Assembly (NCBI GenBank): GCA_903928915.1
Contig: CAIYSL010000018.1
Span: 90,075-154,074, forward strand
DNA from: an uncultured Syntrophobacterales bacterium
GTDB lineage: Bacteria; Desulfobacterota; Syntrophia; Syntrophales; UBA5619
Length of the DNA stretch: 64,000 nt
Reading direction: 5' to 3'
Position numbers and translations under genes: made by a program. The notes under the pieces were generated by a model that was given only the letters and a program-made list of their open reading frames with translations, searched no databases and was not told where the DNA came from. The first letter of the stretch is position 1, and each line of letters starts with the position of its first letter. Shown one piece after another: positions 45,328 to 55,045 of this stretch.

Positions 45328-46926
45328 ATGGAAGAGGATCGAATCGATAAAGGCGGACCGGCGGCGCCGGAAATGCTGCCCGTGACCGGGGAGGGCGGGG
45401 CAGCGAGCGAGGACGGGGAGCGCCTGATCGAACCGGAGAACGCCCTGCCGGAGACAACCCTCGAGGGGTTGCCCGCATCGCTGCGGGCGGCCTGCGCACG
45501 GGCCGGCTGGACAAAGCTCCTGCCGGTCCAGGCACGGGCAATTCCCTATGTGCTGGCCGGACGGAATGTGATGGTCCAGTCACGGACGGGAAGCGGCAAG
45601 ACCGGCGCCTTCATCCTGCCGATCCTCGAGCGGATCGACGCGGCCAAGGCCGCCTGCCAGGCCCTGGTCCTGGTTCCCACCCGGGAACTGGCGCAGCAGG
45701 TGGCCCGCGAGGCGGAACTCCTCCGAGGGGACCGCGGGGTGCGGACGGCCGTGGTGTACGGTGGCGTGAAGTACGGCCCCCAGCTCGACGCCTTCCGCGC
45801 CGGGGCGCAGATCGTCGTGGGAACGCCGGGGCGGATCCTCGACCACCTCCTCAAGGGGACGCTCAACCTCGACGCCCTGCGGATCCTGGTGTTCGACGAG
45901 GCGGACCGGATGCTGTCGATGGGGTTCTACCCCGACATGAAGCGGGTCCAGCAGTTCCTGCCCCGCCGGCCGATCAACGGCTACATGTTCTCCGCCACCT
46001 TTCCCTCCTTCGTGCTGCGCCTGGCCGGCGAATTCCTCCGCAACCCGGAGTTCCTGAGCCTGAGCAAGGACCAGGTCCACGTGGCCGGGACCGACCACAT
46101 CTTCTACCTCGTCCCGGGGATGCAGCGGGAGCGCTCGCTGGTGCGGATCATCGAGATGGAAAACCCCGTCTCGGCGATCATCTTCTGCAACATGAAATCG
46201 ACCGTGCACTTCGTGACGGTGGTCCTCAAACGGTTCGGATACGACGCCGACGAGCTCAGCTCAGACCTTGCCCAGGGGGCGCGGGAGCGGGTGATGGGGC
46301 GGGTCCGCAAGGGGGCGCTCCGCTTCCTCGTGGCGACCGATGTGGCGGCCCGCGGGATCGACATCCCGGATTTGACCCACGTGATCCAGTACGAGCCGCC
46401 CGAGGACCCCGAGCTGTACATCCATCGGGCCGGGCGCACCGGACGCGTCGGGGCGAGCGGAACGGCCATCACCCTCGTGGCCGGGATGGAGCAGTTCAAC
46501 CTCCGGTCGATCGCCCGGAACTACAACATCAACCTCCAGGAGCGGACCCTTCCCTCCGACGAGGACATCGAGGCGATCGTCGCGCAGCGGGTCATCGCCT
46601 CGCTGGAGGCGCACCTCCGGTCGCGCGACGGCCTGGAGAACGAGCGGATGCGGCGGTTCATCCCGCTGGGCCGGAGCCTGGCCGAGGCGGAGGAGGAATC
46701 GCCGCTGATCGCCATGCTCCTGGACGACTACTACCAGCGGACCCTGCAGGCCCCGCCCCAGTCCCCGACCGGGGAGGCGCCGGAAGAACTCCCCGAGGAG
46801 CCGGAGTACGAGCCGCGCGAGATATCGGGCAGCGACAAGGGGGTGAAGCGGAAGCGCCCCCGGAAGCGGGGTCCCCGCCGCCGCGGCGAGGGGGGGTCCG
46901 GCGGCCCGCCGCCCGCGGAAGCGTAA
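45328..46926 (+). CDS. DEAD-box ATP-dependent RNA helicase
   Basis: Motifs SRTGSGKT, PTRELA, FDEAD, SAT, ARGIDI, HRAGRTGR. Basic Arg/Gly-rich C-terminal tail. Confidence 0.9.
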   Translation: MEEDRIDKGGPAAPEMLPVTGEGGAASEDGERLIEPENALPETTLEGLPASLRAACARAGWTKLLPVQARAIPYVLAGRNVMVQSRTGSGKTGAFILPILERIDAAKAACQALVLVPTRELAQQVAREAELLRGDRGVRTAVVYGGVKYGPQLDAFRAGAQIVVGTPGRILDHLLKGTLNLDALRILVFDEADRMLSMGFYPDMKRVQQFLPRRPINGYMFSATFPSFVLRLAGEFLRNPEFLSLSKDQVHVAGTDHIFYLVPGMQRERSLVRIIEMENPVSAIIFCNMKSTVHFVTVVLKRFGYDADELSSDLAQGARERVMGRVRKGALRFLVATDVAARGIDIPDLTHVIQYEPPEDPELYIHRAGRTGRVGASGTAITLVAGMEQFNLRSIARNYNINLQERTLPSDEDIEAIVAQRVIASLEAHLRSRDGLENERMRRFIPLGRSLAEAEEESPLIAMLLDDYYQRTLQAPPQSPTGEAPEELPEEPEYEPREISGSDKGVKRKRPRKRGPRRRGEGGSGGPPPAEA

Positions 46927-46957
46927 ACGAATAGGATCATTTTCACGCCCCACGCCG

Positions 46958-46979
46958 CCGCCCCTCCGGGGGCGGTTTT
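46958..46979 (+). terminator. Rho-independent terminator after the helicase gene
   Basis: ccgcccc tccg ggggcgg followed by TTTT (46976-46979). Confidence 0.6.
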
Positions 46980-47018
46980 CCGTGGAGGAATCCAACGATA
47001 AGGACAGGTCGAATACCT

Positions 47019-48842
47019 ATGCGCAAGAACAACATCCGCAACATCGCCATCATTTCCCACGTCGACCACGGCAAGACCACGCTCGTCGACGGGATGCTCA
47101 GACAGACGGGGACCTTCAGCGACCACCAGGTCCTGGAGGACCGCGTGATGGACTCCCTCGACCTGGAGCGGGAGCGGGGCATCACGATCATGGCCAAGAA
47201 CACCGCCGTCTTCTACCAGGGGACGAAGATCAACATCGTCGATACCCCCGGCCATGCCGATTTCGGCGGAGAGGTGGAGCGGAGCCTGAACATGGTGGAC
47301 GGGGCGATGCTCCTGGTCGACGCGAGCGAGGGGCCGCTCCCCCAGACCCGTTTCGTCCTGAAGAAGGCGCTCGCCCGGCGGATACCCATCGTCCTGGTGA
47401 TCAACAAGATCGACCGCCCCGACGCCCGGATCGAAGAGGTGATCAACGAGGTGTACGACCTGTTCATCGACCTCGAAGCGACGGAGGAGCAGATCGAGTT
47501 CCCGATCCTGTACACGAACGCCAAGCTCGGCGTCGCCCACCGCAAGCCCGGGGACGGATCGACGGACTTCAAGCCGCTGTTCGAGACGATCCTCGCCACG
47601 ATCCCCGGGCCGGAGGGTGATGACGCGGCAGCGCCGCAGTTTCTGGTGACGAACCTCGACTACGATTCCTACGTAGGGCAGATCGCCATCGGCCGCCTGA
47701 TGAACGGCGTCCTGGAGATGCGCCAGGCCTACAGCCTCTGCGGCGAGCACGCCGTCGTCCCGGGGATCAAGTTCTCGGCCATCTACACCTTCGCGGGCCT
47801 CAGGAAGCTCCCGGTGGAGCGGGTCGAGGCGGGAGACATCGTCGCCTTCGCGGGCGTCTCGAACCTCAGCATCGGCGATACGGTCTCCTCCCTGGAGAAC
47901 CCGCAGCCCCTGCCCCGGATCCGCGTGGACGAACCGACCGTGTCGATGCTCTTCTTCGTCAACAGCGGCCCGATGGCCGGCCGGGAGGGGCGCTTTCTCA
48001 CCTCCCGCCATCTCAAGGACCGGCTGGAGCGGGAGATCCTCCGCAACGTGGCGCTCCGGGTGAAGCCCACGGACCGGGCGGACTCCTTCGAGGTGTGCGG
48101 CCGGGGCGAGCTGCAGATGGCGATCCTGATCGAGACGATGCGCCGCGAAGGGTACGAGTTCATGGTCTCCAAGCCCCAGGTGATCACCAGGACGGAGGGC
48201 GAGAAGGTCCTCGAACCGGTGGAGCGCCTGTTTCTGGACATCCCCGAGGAGTTCGTGGGGGTCCTCACGGAGAAGCTCGCCCTGCGCAAGGGGCGGATGG
48301 TGAACCTGGTCAACAAGGGGAGCGGCCGGGTGAACATGGAATTCGTCATCCCGGCGCGCGGCCTGATCGGGTTTCGGAGCCACTTCCTCACGGACACGAA
48401 GGGGGCCGGCGTGATGAACACCCTGTTCGAGGGGTATGAACCCTGGGCCGGCCCGATCCCGCAGCGGGTGACCGGGGCGCTCGTTGCAGACCGACCGGGC
48501 CGGGTCACCGCCTATGCGGCCCACGCCATGGCCGATCGGGGCGAGCTGATGGTGACGCCGGGGACCGAGGTCTACAGCGGGATGGTCGTGGGGGAGCGGA
48601 ACCGGTCGGTCGACATGAACGTCAACATCGTCAAGGAGAAGAAGCTCACGAACATGCGGAGCTCCACCTCGGACCAGACGGTGATCCTCAGGCCGGCGCG
48701 GCCCATGTCGCTCGATCAGTGCATCGAGTTCATCGCCGAGGACGAGCTCGTCGAGGTGACCCCCGAGAGCATCCGTCTCCGGAAGCGGGACCTGGACCCG
48801 AATGTCCGCATGGCCCGCTACCGCGAGGAGAAGTACGCCTGA
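47019..48842 (+). CDS. typA: Translational GTPase TypA/BipA
   Basis: [24 protein letters not shown]..., [21 protein letters not shown]. Length 607 aa. Confidence 0.95.
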   Translation: MRKNNIRNIAIISHVDHGKTTLVDGMLRQTGTFSDHQVLEDRVMDSLDLERERGITIMAKNTAVFYQGTKINIVDTPGHADFGGEVERSLNMVDGAMLLVDASEGPLPQTRFVLKKALARRIPIVLVINKIDRPDARIEEVINEVYDLFIDLEATEEQIEFPILYTNAKLGVAHRKPGDGSTDFKPLFETILATIPGPEGDDAAAPQFLVTNLDYDSYVGQIAIGRLMNGVLEMRQAYSLCGEHAVVPGIKFSAIYTFAGLRKLPVERVEAGDIVAFAGVSNLSIGDTVSSLENPQPLPRIRVDEPTVSMLFFVNSGPMAGREGRFLTSRHLKDRLEREILRNVALRVKPTDRADSFEVCGRGELQMAILIETMRREGYEFMVSKPQVITRTEGEKVLEPVERLFLDIPEEFVGVLTEKLALRKGRMVNLVNKGSGRVNMEFVIPARGLIGFRSHFLTDTKGAGVMNTLFEGYEPWAGPIPQRVTGALVADRPGRVTAYAAHAMADRGELMVTPGTEVYSGMVVGERNRSVDMNVNIVKEKKLTNMRSSTSDQTVILRPARPMSLDQCIEFIAEDELVEVTPESIRLRKRDLDPNVRMARYREEKYA

Positions 48843-48849
48843 GGGTTCG

Positions 48850-49314
48850 ATGGAGCAGTTCTTCGCCTCCCCCGGTTACCCCGGCCTGTTCGTCCTGAGC
48901 TTCCTCGCCTCGACCCTTCTGCCGGTGGGTTCGGAGTGGCTCGTGGCGGCGATGCTCCTGAATCGCCACGAGCCGGTCGCGGTCACGGCCGTGGCCGCCG
49001 TCGGCAACACCCTCGGGGCGTGCACCACCTGGGCCGTGGGCATCGCCGGAGGACCCTTCCTGATCGACCGGGTTTTGCGCATCGACCCGGCCGCCCGGGA
49101 ACGGGCCGGGCGCTTCTACCGGCGCTACGGGGTCTGGTCGCTGCTGCTCTCCTGGCTGCCGATCGTCGGCGATCCCTTGTGTCTCGCGGCGGGAATCCTC
49201 AGGGTCGGGTTCGGCCGCTTTCTTCTGTTCGTCTTCGCCGGGAAGCTCGCCCGTTACGCTGCGGTGGCTTGGCTGACGCTGGGGGGGATGGGGCTCTTCG
49301 GGGTCGGGGGGTAG
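48850..49314 (+). CDS. YqaA/DedA-type small membrane protein
   Basis: ATG 48850. LPVGSEWLVAAML...AVGNTLGACTTW...WLPIVGDPLCLAAG. Confidence 0.7.
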   Translation: MEQFFASPGYPGLFVLSFLASTLLPVGSEWLVAAMLLNRHEPVAVTAVAAVGNTLGACTTWAVGIAGGPFLIDRVLRIDPAARERAGRFYRRYGVWSLLLSWLPIVGDPLCLAAGILRVGFGRFLLFVFAGKLARYAAVAWLTLGGMGLFGVGG

Positions 49315-49436
49315 CCGCCCCGGGGCAGCGGAATCTCTGCGGATCAAGGTACCCGGAAGGGGCGCGCAGGCACGACCCCGATGAAGCGGATGCGGGCGCC
49401 GAACGCCCCGGCCAAAGCGGAAGCAGCGGTCGCTTG

Positions 49437-49952
49437 TCAACCGATGATTTTCCCGCGGTCGAGGCTCTCGACGGGGTGGCCTGCCGGCGGCCGGTCGGGA
49501 ACGCCGACGGCGACGATGGCCAGGACCCTGAGCGGCGGGCTGATCCCGAGTACGCCGCGCACGTACTCCTCGGAGGTCGTCTGCGCGTCGTGCATCCGCT
49601 TTCGGACCTGGACCCAGCAGCCGCCCAGCCCCAGGCTTACGGCGGTCAGGTGCACGATGAGCGCGGCGATGGCGCAGTCCTCGACCCAGACGTCGGAGAG
49701 GGACTCGTCGCCGCAGACGACCACCGCGAGCGGGGCCCCCTCCAGAAAGGACGATCCGTGCTCCTTGCAGTGGGCGAGCTTCGCGATCAGTCCGGCGTCC
49801 TGTACGAAGGTAAATCTCCAGGGCTGAATCGCCCGCGACGAGGGGGAGCGCAACACCGCTTCCTTGAGTGCGTCGATCTGCTCCTGCACGAGCGGTTGTT
49901 GCTTGAAGCGACGGACGCTCCTGCGTTTTCGTAAGGTCTCCAGCATAGGCAT
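49437..49952 (-). CDS. Nitroreductase family protein
   Basis: Start at 49952 or 49946. LETLRKRRSVRRFK...SSRAIQPWRFTFV. Confidence 0.8.
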   Translation of the reverse strand: MPMLETLRKRRSVRRFKQQPLVQEQIDALKEAVLRSPSSRAIQPWRFTFVQDAGLIAKLAHCKEHGSSFLEGAPLAVVVCGDESLSDVWVEDCAIAALIVHLTAVSLGLGGCWVQVRKRMHDAQTTSEEYVRGVLGISPPLRVLAIVAVGVPDRPPAGHPVESLDRGKIIG

Positions 49953-50025
49953 CCTTTTCGGGAGCCATCCGGGGCGATTGCCCGCGGCGCCCCCTGCGGG
50001 GCGGGGCGTGTGCCCGCCGGACGGT

Positions 50026-50499
50026 TCAGTTATCGGTGAGGAACTTGGCCTCGTACAGGTCTTCGATCGCCCGGATGTGGCGGCGCTCATCCGCCAGGAG
50101 TCTCTCGAACATGCCGGCCATCGGCGCCCCGGCGCACCCCTCGGTCATCCGCCGGTAGAACTCGACGGCCTCCTTCTCCAGGTGGATCGCATAGGCCATC
50201 ACCTCCCGGATGTCGGAAGCGGGGCTGAGCGCCTTTCGCGCCAGGACGTAATCGAGGCCCATCGTGGTGACGGGGCGGTTCATCTCGCCCGCATCGCCCA
50301 TCCGCCCTTCCAGGAGCGCCCGCTCGATCGTGTGTTTGTGCTCCAGTTCATCCAGGGCGAACCCCCGGAGGACCTCCCGGGCGTTTCTGTTCTGCACGAT
50401 CCGGAGCGCTTCGATGTAATGCCGAAACGCCTGCTCCTCCATCGTGATCGCCAGTTCGATGGCCGCATCGAAGGTATAGCAGCTGTTGCCTTCCGCCAT
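50026..50499 (-). CDS. Rubrerythrin-like ferritin-fold diiron protein (no rubredoxin domain)
   Basis: Internal ATG 50499 after GGAGGGAAG. Two E...ExxH pairs (MEEQA...DELEH, LEKEA...DERRH). Confidence 0.7.
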   Translation of the reverse strand: MAEGNSCYTFDAAIELAITMEEQAFRHYIEALRIVQNRNAREVLRGFALDELEHKHTIERALLEGRMGDAGEMNRPVTTMGLDYVLARKALSPASDIREVMAYAIHLEKEAVEFYRRMTEGCAGAPMAGMFERLLADERRHIRAIEDLYEAKFLTDN

Positions 50500-50640
50500 G
50501 TTCTTCCCTCCTCTGGTCGTTACCTCTGGGACAACGATAGAAAAGGCGCCCCGCTGTGTCAAGCGGATTTCTGCGCGGACGGCGTGGCGCCCGCGCAGAG
50601 GACCGCAGGCAGGCCGCGCCTGCCTGCGCCGCGGGATCGG

Positions 50641-51990
50641 TCATGCCGCGGCGGAAGGGGATTTGCCCGTACCCCGCGTTTCGGCGGTGAACCCGTACAG
50701 AACGGCGGTCAGCGCCAGGCAGGCCGCGCAGAACAGAAAGGCCGCCCGAAAGGCGGGCGCGCCCAGCGATGCGCCTCCGTACAGGCCGTGCATCAGGCTG
50801 CCCAGCCCCTGGAGGAACACGGCGACCCCCGCCATGGTGAAGAAATTGACCCCGGTCATCGCCGTCCCGGCTTGTTCGAGCGGCATCCGCTCCTTGATGT
50901 GCGCGTACATCACCTGGCCGGAGCTGGTGAAGAAACCGAAGGCGAAAAAGAGGATCGATACCAGGGGCGCGCCGGCCCCCGGGGGGAGGAGGGCAAGGAC
51001 GACCAGCACCGCGAGCATACCGGCCAGCCCAGCCATGATCACCCCCTTGCGCGTCTTGATGAGCGAGTCGGAACACCAGCCGCAGACCGGGCTGCCTATG
51101 ATCAGGCCGATTCCCATCAGGAGCAGCACGTTGCCCGCGGCGAGCGGGGTCAGGCCGATCACCGTCATCAGATAGGGGGCCCCCCAGAGGGCCTGCACCG
51201 CGGCGAAGATGCCGTACCGGCAAAAGGTCCCCAGGGAGATGATCCAGTAGTCCCGCTCCCGGAGCAGGGCGCGGAGGTGTGCGCCACCCGCGCGCAGGCC
51301 GGCCGCACCGGGCTCCCAAGGCGGCTTCTCGGGCTCCGGGTGCGCGGGCCGGTCCCGGACCACGGCAAAGAACAGGAGCGCCAGCAGGACGTTCAGTCCG
51401 GCGAAGAGCGCAAAGCTCATCCGCCAGCCCACACGCTGCACCAGCAGCACCAGCGGGGTTGCCGCCATCATGCTCCCCAGGGTCCCGAAGGAAAGCACCA
51501 GGGCCGCCAGGGTGGCGAACCGCAGCGGCGGGAACCAGAGGGTGAGCAGCTTCAGGGTCCCCATCAGGTTGCAGGCCATGCCGGCGCCGATCAGGAGCCT
51601 CCCGGTTACCAGCGCGGCGGTAGAATCTCCGGCGGCGAACACCAGGGCCCCGGCCGCCCCCAGGATGGACAGCGCCGTCATGGCGATCCGCGCCCCGATC
51701 ACGTCGAGGTACATCCCGATCGGGATCTGCATCAGGGCGAAGGTGTAGAAGAACGATGCCGAGACGAGGCCGAGGCTGCGGGTGTCCAGGCCGAGTTCCC
51801 GGATCAGGTCGGGAGCGATCACCGCGATCGACGCCCGGTAGAACTGGGAAAGGACGAACAGCGCGCAGGCCATGCAGAGGATCGCCCAGCGCCGGGCCGG
51901 TGCGGACTTCTCGCCCCGCTCCGGCAAGGCGGGAGAAATCGGCGGTGAAGAGTACGGCCGGTGCGGAGTTTCGGGGGCGTTTGCGCTCAT
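50641..51990 (-). CDS. MFS transporter
   Basis: Internal ATG 51990. FALMQIPIGMYLDVIGAR..., 12 TM-like segments. Confidence 0.85.
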   Translation of the reverse strand: MSANAPETPHRPYSSPPISPALPERGEKSAPARRWAILCMACALFVLSQFYRASIAVIAPDLIRELGLDTRSLGLVSASFFYTFALMQIPIGMYLDVIGARIAMTALSILGAAGALVFAAGDSTAALVTGRLLIGAGMACNLMGTLKLLTLWFPPLRFATLAALVLSFGTLGSMMAATPLVLLVQRVGWRMSFALFAGLNVLLALLFFAVVRDRPAHPEPEKPPWEPGAAGLRAGGAHLRALLRERDYWIISLGTFCRYGIFAAVQALWGAPYLMTVIGLTPLAAGNVLLLMGIGLIIGSPVCGWCSDSLIKTRKGVIMAGLAGMLAVLVVLALLPPGAGAPLVSILFFAFGFFTSSGQVMYAHIKERMPLEQAGTAMTGVNFFTMAGVAVFLQGLGSLMHGLYGGASLGAPAFRAAFLFCAACLALTAVLYGFTAETRGTGKSPSAAA

Positions 51991-52328
51991 GAACCCCTTT
52001 CGTCTGTCGCGGAAATGGCGCCCCTCTGCGTAGCCGCCCGGGACTTCGTCCGCTCCCGGAGAAATGACGGCCCCGGCAGGTGCCGGCGCTGCCGCGGCAC
52101 GGAGAGCACGGTGCGGGAGGGAACCCATCCCCTATAGGCAAAATCCGCCCTCCTGTCAACGGTACCGTCCCGAGGGCCGCGGCCCTTGACAGGAAGAACG
52201 GATTGAATTAAGTAACGCCCACGCCGGGCGCATGAATCCGCCGGCACGTCCATTCCCCGCGCCGTGCCGCGGAGGGGGCAATTTTCAGGAAGGGAGGGCG
52301 AAGGCGCCCTCGTGTTGATACTCAAGCA

Positions 52329-52910
52329 ATGATCGAGATGTTCAAGCGCATCCGGGATGCGGTCGTTCTGCCCCTGGTCCCGGTCTTTGCCATAAGCCTG
52401 ATGGTTCTCTTGGCCGGCACGCTCTTCTTCGATGCCGCGGTGCGGGCCATCGAGGTCGATATCACCCGTGTCCCGCCGCTGGAGGTCTACTTCAGCCCCC
52501 GCGACGGCGCCACTGCGGCGATCGTGCGGGAGATCGGCCAGGCCCGTTCCGAGATCCGCGTTCAGGCCTACTCCTTCACCTCCGCGCCGATCGCCGAGGC
52601 CCTGCTCAAGGCGCACCGGCGGGGGATCAACGTTGCCGTGATCCTCGACAAGAGCCAGCGTACGCAGAAGTATTCGTCGTCGACCTTCCTGGCGAACGCC
52701 CGGATCCCCACCTACATCGACGCCGAACACGCGATCGCCCACAACAAGATCATCATCGTCGACCGGTCGGTCGTGATCACGGGCTCCTTCAACTTTACGA
52801 AGGCGGCCGAGGAGAGAAACGCCGAGAACCTCCTCGTCATCCGGTCGAAGGAACTCGCCAAGCTGTATCTCGACAACTGGCAGCACCACCGCGACCATTC
52901 CACGTCATAG
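52329..52910 (+). CDS. Phospholipase D superfamily endonuclease (Nuc-like), membrane anchored
   Basis: N-terminal TM segment VVLPLVPVFAISLMVLLAGTLFF. Single HKD motif HNKIIIVDRSVVITGSFNFT. Confidence 0.8.
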   Translation: MIEMFKRIRDAVVLPLVPVFAISLMVLLAGTLFFDAAVRAIEVDITRVPPLEVYFSPRDGATAAIVREIGQARSEIRVQAYSFTSAPIAEALLKAHRRGINVAVILDKSQRTQKYSSSTFLANARIPTYIDAEHAIAHNKIIIVDRSVVITGSFNFTKAAEERNAENLLVIRSKELAKLYLDNWQHHRDHSTS

Positions 52911-53203
52911 GACCGCCGGCCCTCCGGAGGGGCTGTCCGAAAAGGCACCGTTTCCCGCAACCTGCAAACGAGGAACCATCGCCGAACACGCCCCCGCTCT
53001 CTTTCGCCGTATCACCTCCAAGATGAGACACTGCCGTTGACAAGTCTCCGCAGCCTCCGGGACGGATGAGGCGCCGTCCGTTGGCGACCGGAAGCGCAGC
53101 GCCGGAACAATTATGTGCCGGCCCTGCGCAATACAGACAATTCTGTATGATCCACAGGGGGCTCGAATAAGTTAACATCCTGTATTAAATGGAGAACCGG
53201 CAC

Positions 53204-53219
53204 TGGCAGAGTAATTGCT
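53204..53219 (+). promoter_or_regulatory. Sigma54 (-24/-12) promoter for the amt / P-II operon
   Basis: TGGCAgagtaaTTGCT. GG at 53205-53206 and GC at 53217-53218 have the canonical spacing. Lies about 37 nt upstream of ATG 53256. Confidence 0.65.
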
Positions 53220-53255
53220 AGGGGGAGAGGAACTACCTGAAGAGAGGGGGAAATC

Positions 53256-54482
53256 ATGGTCAGTCCGATCAACGCGGGCGATACCGCCTGGATCCTGGTC
53301 TGCTGTTCTCTGGTGCTGCTGATGACGCCGGCCCTGGCGCTGTTCTACGGAGGGATGGTGCGGCGCAAGAATGTCCTTTCCACGCTCACCCTGAGTTACG
53401 TCTTCATGGCCCTGATCGGCGTCCAGTGGGTGGTCTACGGGTATTCCCTCGCCTTCGGACCGGACATCCAGGGGCTGATCGGGGGGCTGGACTTCGTCGG
53501 GTTCGCCGGGGTGGACGCGCTGCCCTACGGGGCCTACAGCAAGACCATCCCCCACGGGCTCTTCGCCGCATTCCAGATGATGTTCGCGGTCATCACGCCG
53601 GCATTGATCACCGGCGCCTTTGTGGAGCGGGTGAAGTTCAAGAGCTTTCTGCTGTTCAGCCTGCTCTGGGCCACCCTGGTGTACGATCCGCTCTGCCACT
53701 GGGTATGGGGGCAGGGGGGATGGCTGAAGGAGCTGGGCGTGCTCGACTTCGCCGGCGGGACGGTGGTCCACATTGCCGCCGGGTTTTCGGCCCTCGCCTT
53801 CGCGCTGGTGATCGGCCCCCGCAAAGGGTTCGGCAAGTTCCCGATCGAGGCGCACAACATCCCGCTGACGGTCCTGGGGGCGGGACTCCTCTGGGTGGGA
53901 TGGTTCGGGTTCAATGCCGGCAGTGCGCTGGCCGCCAACGGCGTGGCCGTCAACGCGCTTCTGACCACCAACACCTCCGCGGCGACCGCCGGGCTCGTCT
54001 GGATGCTCCTGTCCTGGCTGGACGGCCGGCCCAGCACCCTGGGGATCGCCACGGGGATGGTCGTGGGGCTGGCGGCGGTGACGCCGGCCTCGGGGTACGT
54101 GACGCCGCTGGCCGCGATGGTGATCGGGGCGGTCGCGGCGCCGCTGTCCTACTACACGATGCGGTTTCGGGACCGGCGCAAGCTCGACGAGAGTCTCGAC
54201 GTATGGGCATGCCACGGCGTGTCGAGCACCTGGGGTACGCTCGCCGCGGGGCTGTTCGCCACGACGGCGGTCAACGCCGACGGCGCCAACGGGCTGTTCT
54301 TCGGCAATCCCGGGCAGTTGGGCGTCCAGGCGCTCGCGGTGATCGTCACGATCCTCTTCTCCTTCGGCGCGACCTACCTGATGGCCAAGCTGCTCAACGC
54401 CAGCATCGGGCTCAGGGTGACGGTCATGGAGGAGGAGGTCGGCCTGGACATCAGCTCCCACGGGGAGCGCTCCTATTCATGA
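53256..54482 (+). CDS. amtB: Ammonium transporter (Amt family)
   Basis: DTAWILVCCSLVLLMTPALALFYGGMVRRKN...DFAGGTVVHIAAG...GWFGFNAGS. Confidence 0.95.
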   Translation: MVSPINAGDTAWILVCCSLVLLMTPALALFYGGMVRRKNVLSTLTLSYVFMALIGVQWVVYGYSLAFGPDIQGLIGGLDFVGFAGVDALPYGAYSKTIPHGLFAAFQMMFAVITPALITGAFVERVKFKSFLLFSLLWATLVYDPLCHWVWGQGGWLKELGVLDFAGGTVVHIAAGFSALAFALVIGPRKGFGKFPIEAHNIPLTVLGAGLLWVGWFGFNAGSALAANGVAVNALLTTNTSAATAGLVWMLLSWLDGRPSTLGIATGMVVGLAAVTPASGYVTPLAAMVIGAVAAPLSYYTMRFRDRRKLDESLDVWACHGVSSTWGTLAAGLFATTAVNADGANGLFFGNPGQLGVQALAVIVTILFSFGATYLMAKLLNASIGLRVTVMEEEVGLDISSHGERSYS

Positions 54483-54545
54483 TCCGCCTCCGCGCGAGGC
54501 GATTCCGTCTGAGGGAAACCACCAGACTATCGGGGAGATTCTGTC

Positions 54546-54938
54546 ATGCTCAAGAAGATCGAAGCCATCATCCGCGAGGACAAGGCCAACGACGTCAAGG
54601 AGGCCCTGGAGAAGATCGGTATCGTGGGGTTGAACATGTTCGAGATCCGCGGGCACGGCCGCCAGGGGGGCATCCAGCTGTTGGGACGCGCAGGGAGCTA
54701 CCAGGTGGACATGCTGACCAAGATCCAGATCAACATTGTCCTGAGCGACCGCAACCTGGATGAGACGATCGATACCATCGTCAAAGCCGCGTACACGGGG
54801 GAACCCGGGGACGGGCTCCTTTTCGTCACTCCCGTGGATGAGGTGATCCGTGTCCGGACCGGCGAACGGGGCCAGGACGCGGTGATGTATCCCGGCGACA
54901 TCGATGAGAAACGGGGCCGGAAGAAGGTCGTCTGCTGA
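54546..54938 (+). CDS. glnK: P-II nitrogen regulatory protein (GlnK-like) with C-terminal extension
   Basis: MLKKIEAIIREDKANDVKEAL...RGHGRQGG...GDGLLFVTPVDEVIRVRTGE. Lies directly downstream of amt. Confidence 0.9.
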   Translation: MLKKIEAIIREDKANDVKEALEKIGIVGLNMFEIRGHGRQGGIQLLGRAGSYQVDMLTKIQINIVLSDRNLDETIDTIVKAAYTGEPGDGLLFVTPVDEVIRVRTGERGQDAVMYPGDIDEKRGRKKVVC

Positions 54939-54997
54939 CGTTCCCGCCGGAGATGCACGGGGAGGCCGCCGTCACCGGCCGGCAGCAACCGCAGTCG

Positions 54998-55023
54998 CGC
55001 CGACCGATCGGAAGCGGTCGGCG
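54998..55023. other. 9-bp GC-rich stem-loop after the P-II gene
   Basis: cgccgaccg atcggaag cggtcggcg. No U-tract. Confidence 0.3.
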
Positions 55024-55045
55024 ATCATCCCGGTAACCGGCGGGA

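Noticed and set aside
49864-52159. 694-aa plus-strand and 603-aa minus-strand ORFs (49864..51948 and 50348..52159)
   Set aside because: They overlap the rubrerythrin-like and MFS genes. An alternative frame of the same DNA gives a convincing 12-TM transporter, so these frames are shadows.
52186-52214. TTGACA upstream of the PLD nuclease gene as a promoter
   Set aside because: The best -10 candidates (TAAGTA / TTAAGT) match the consensus poorly.
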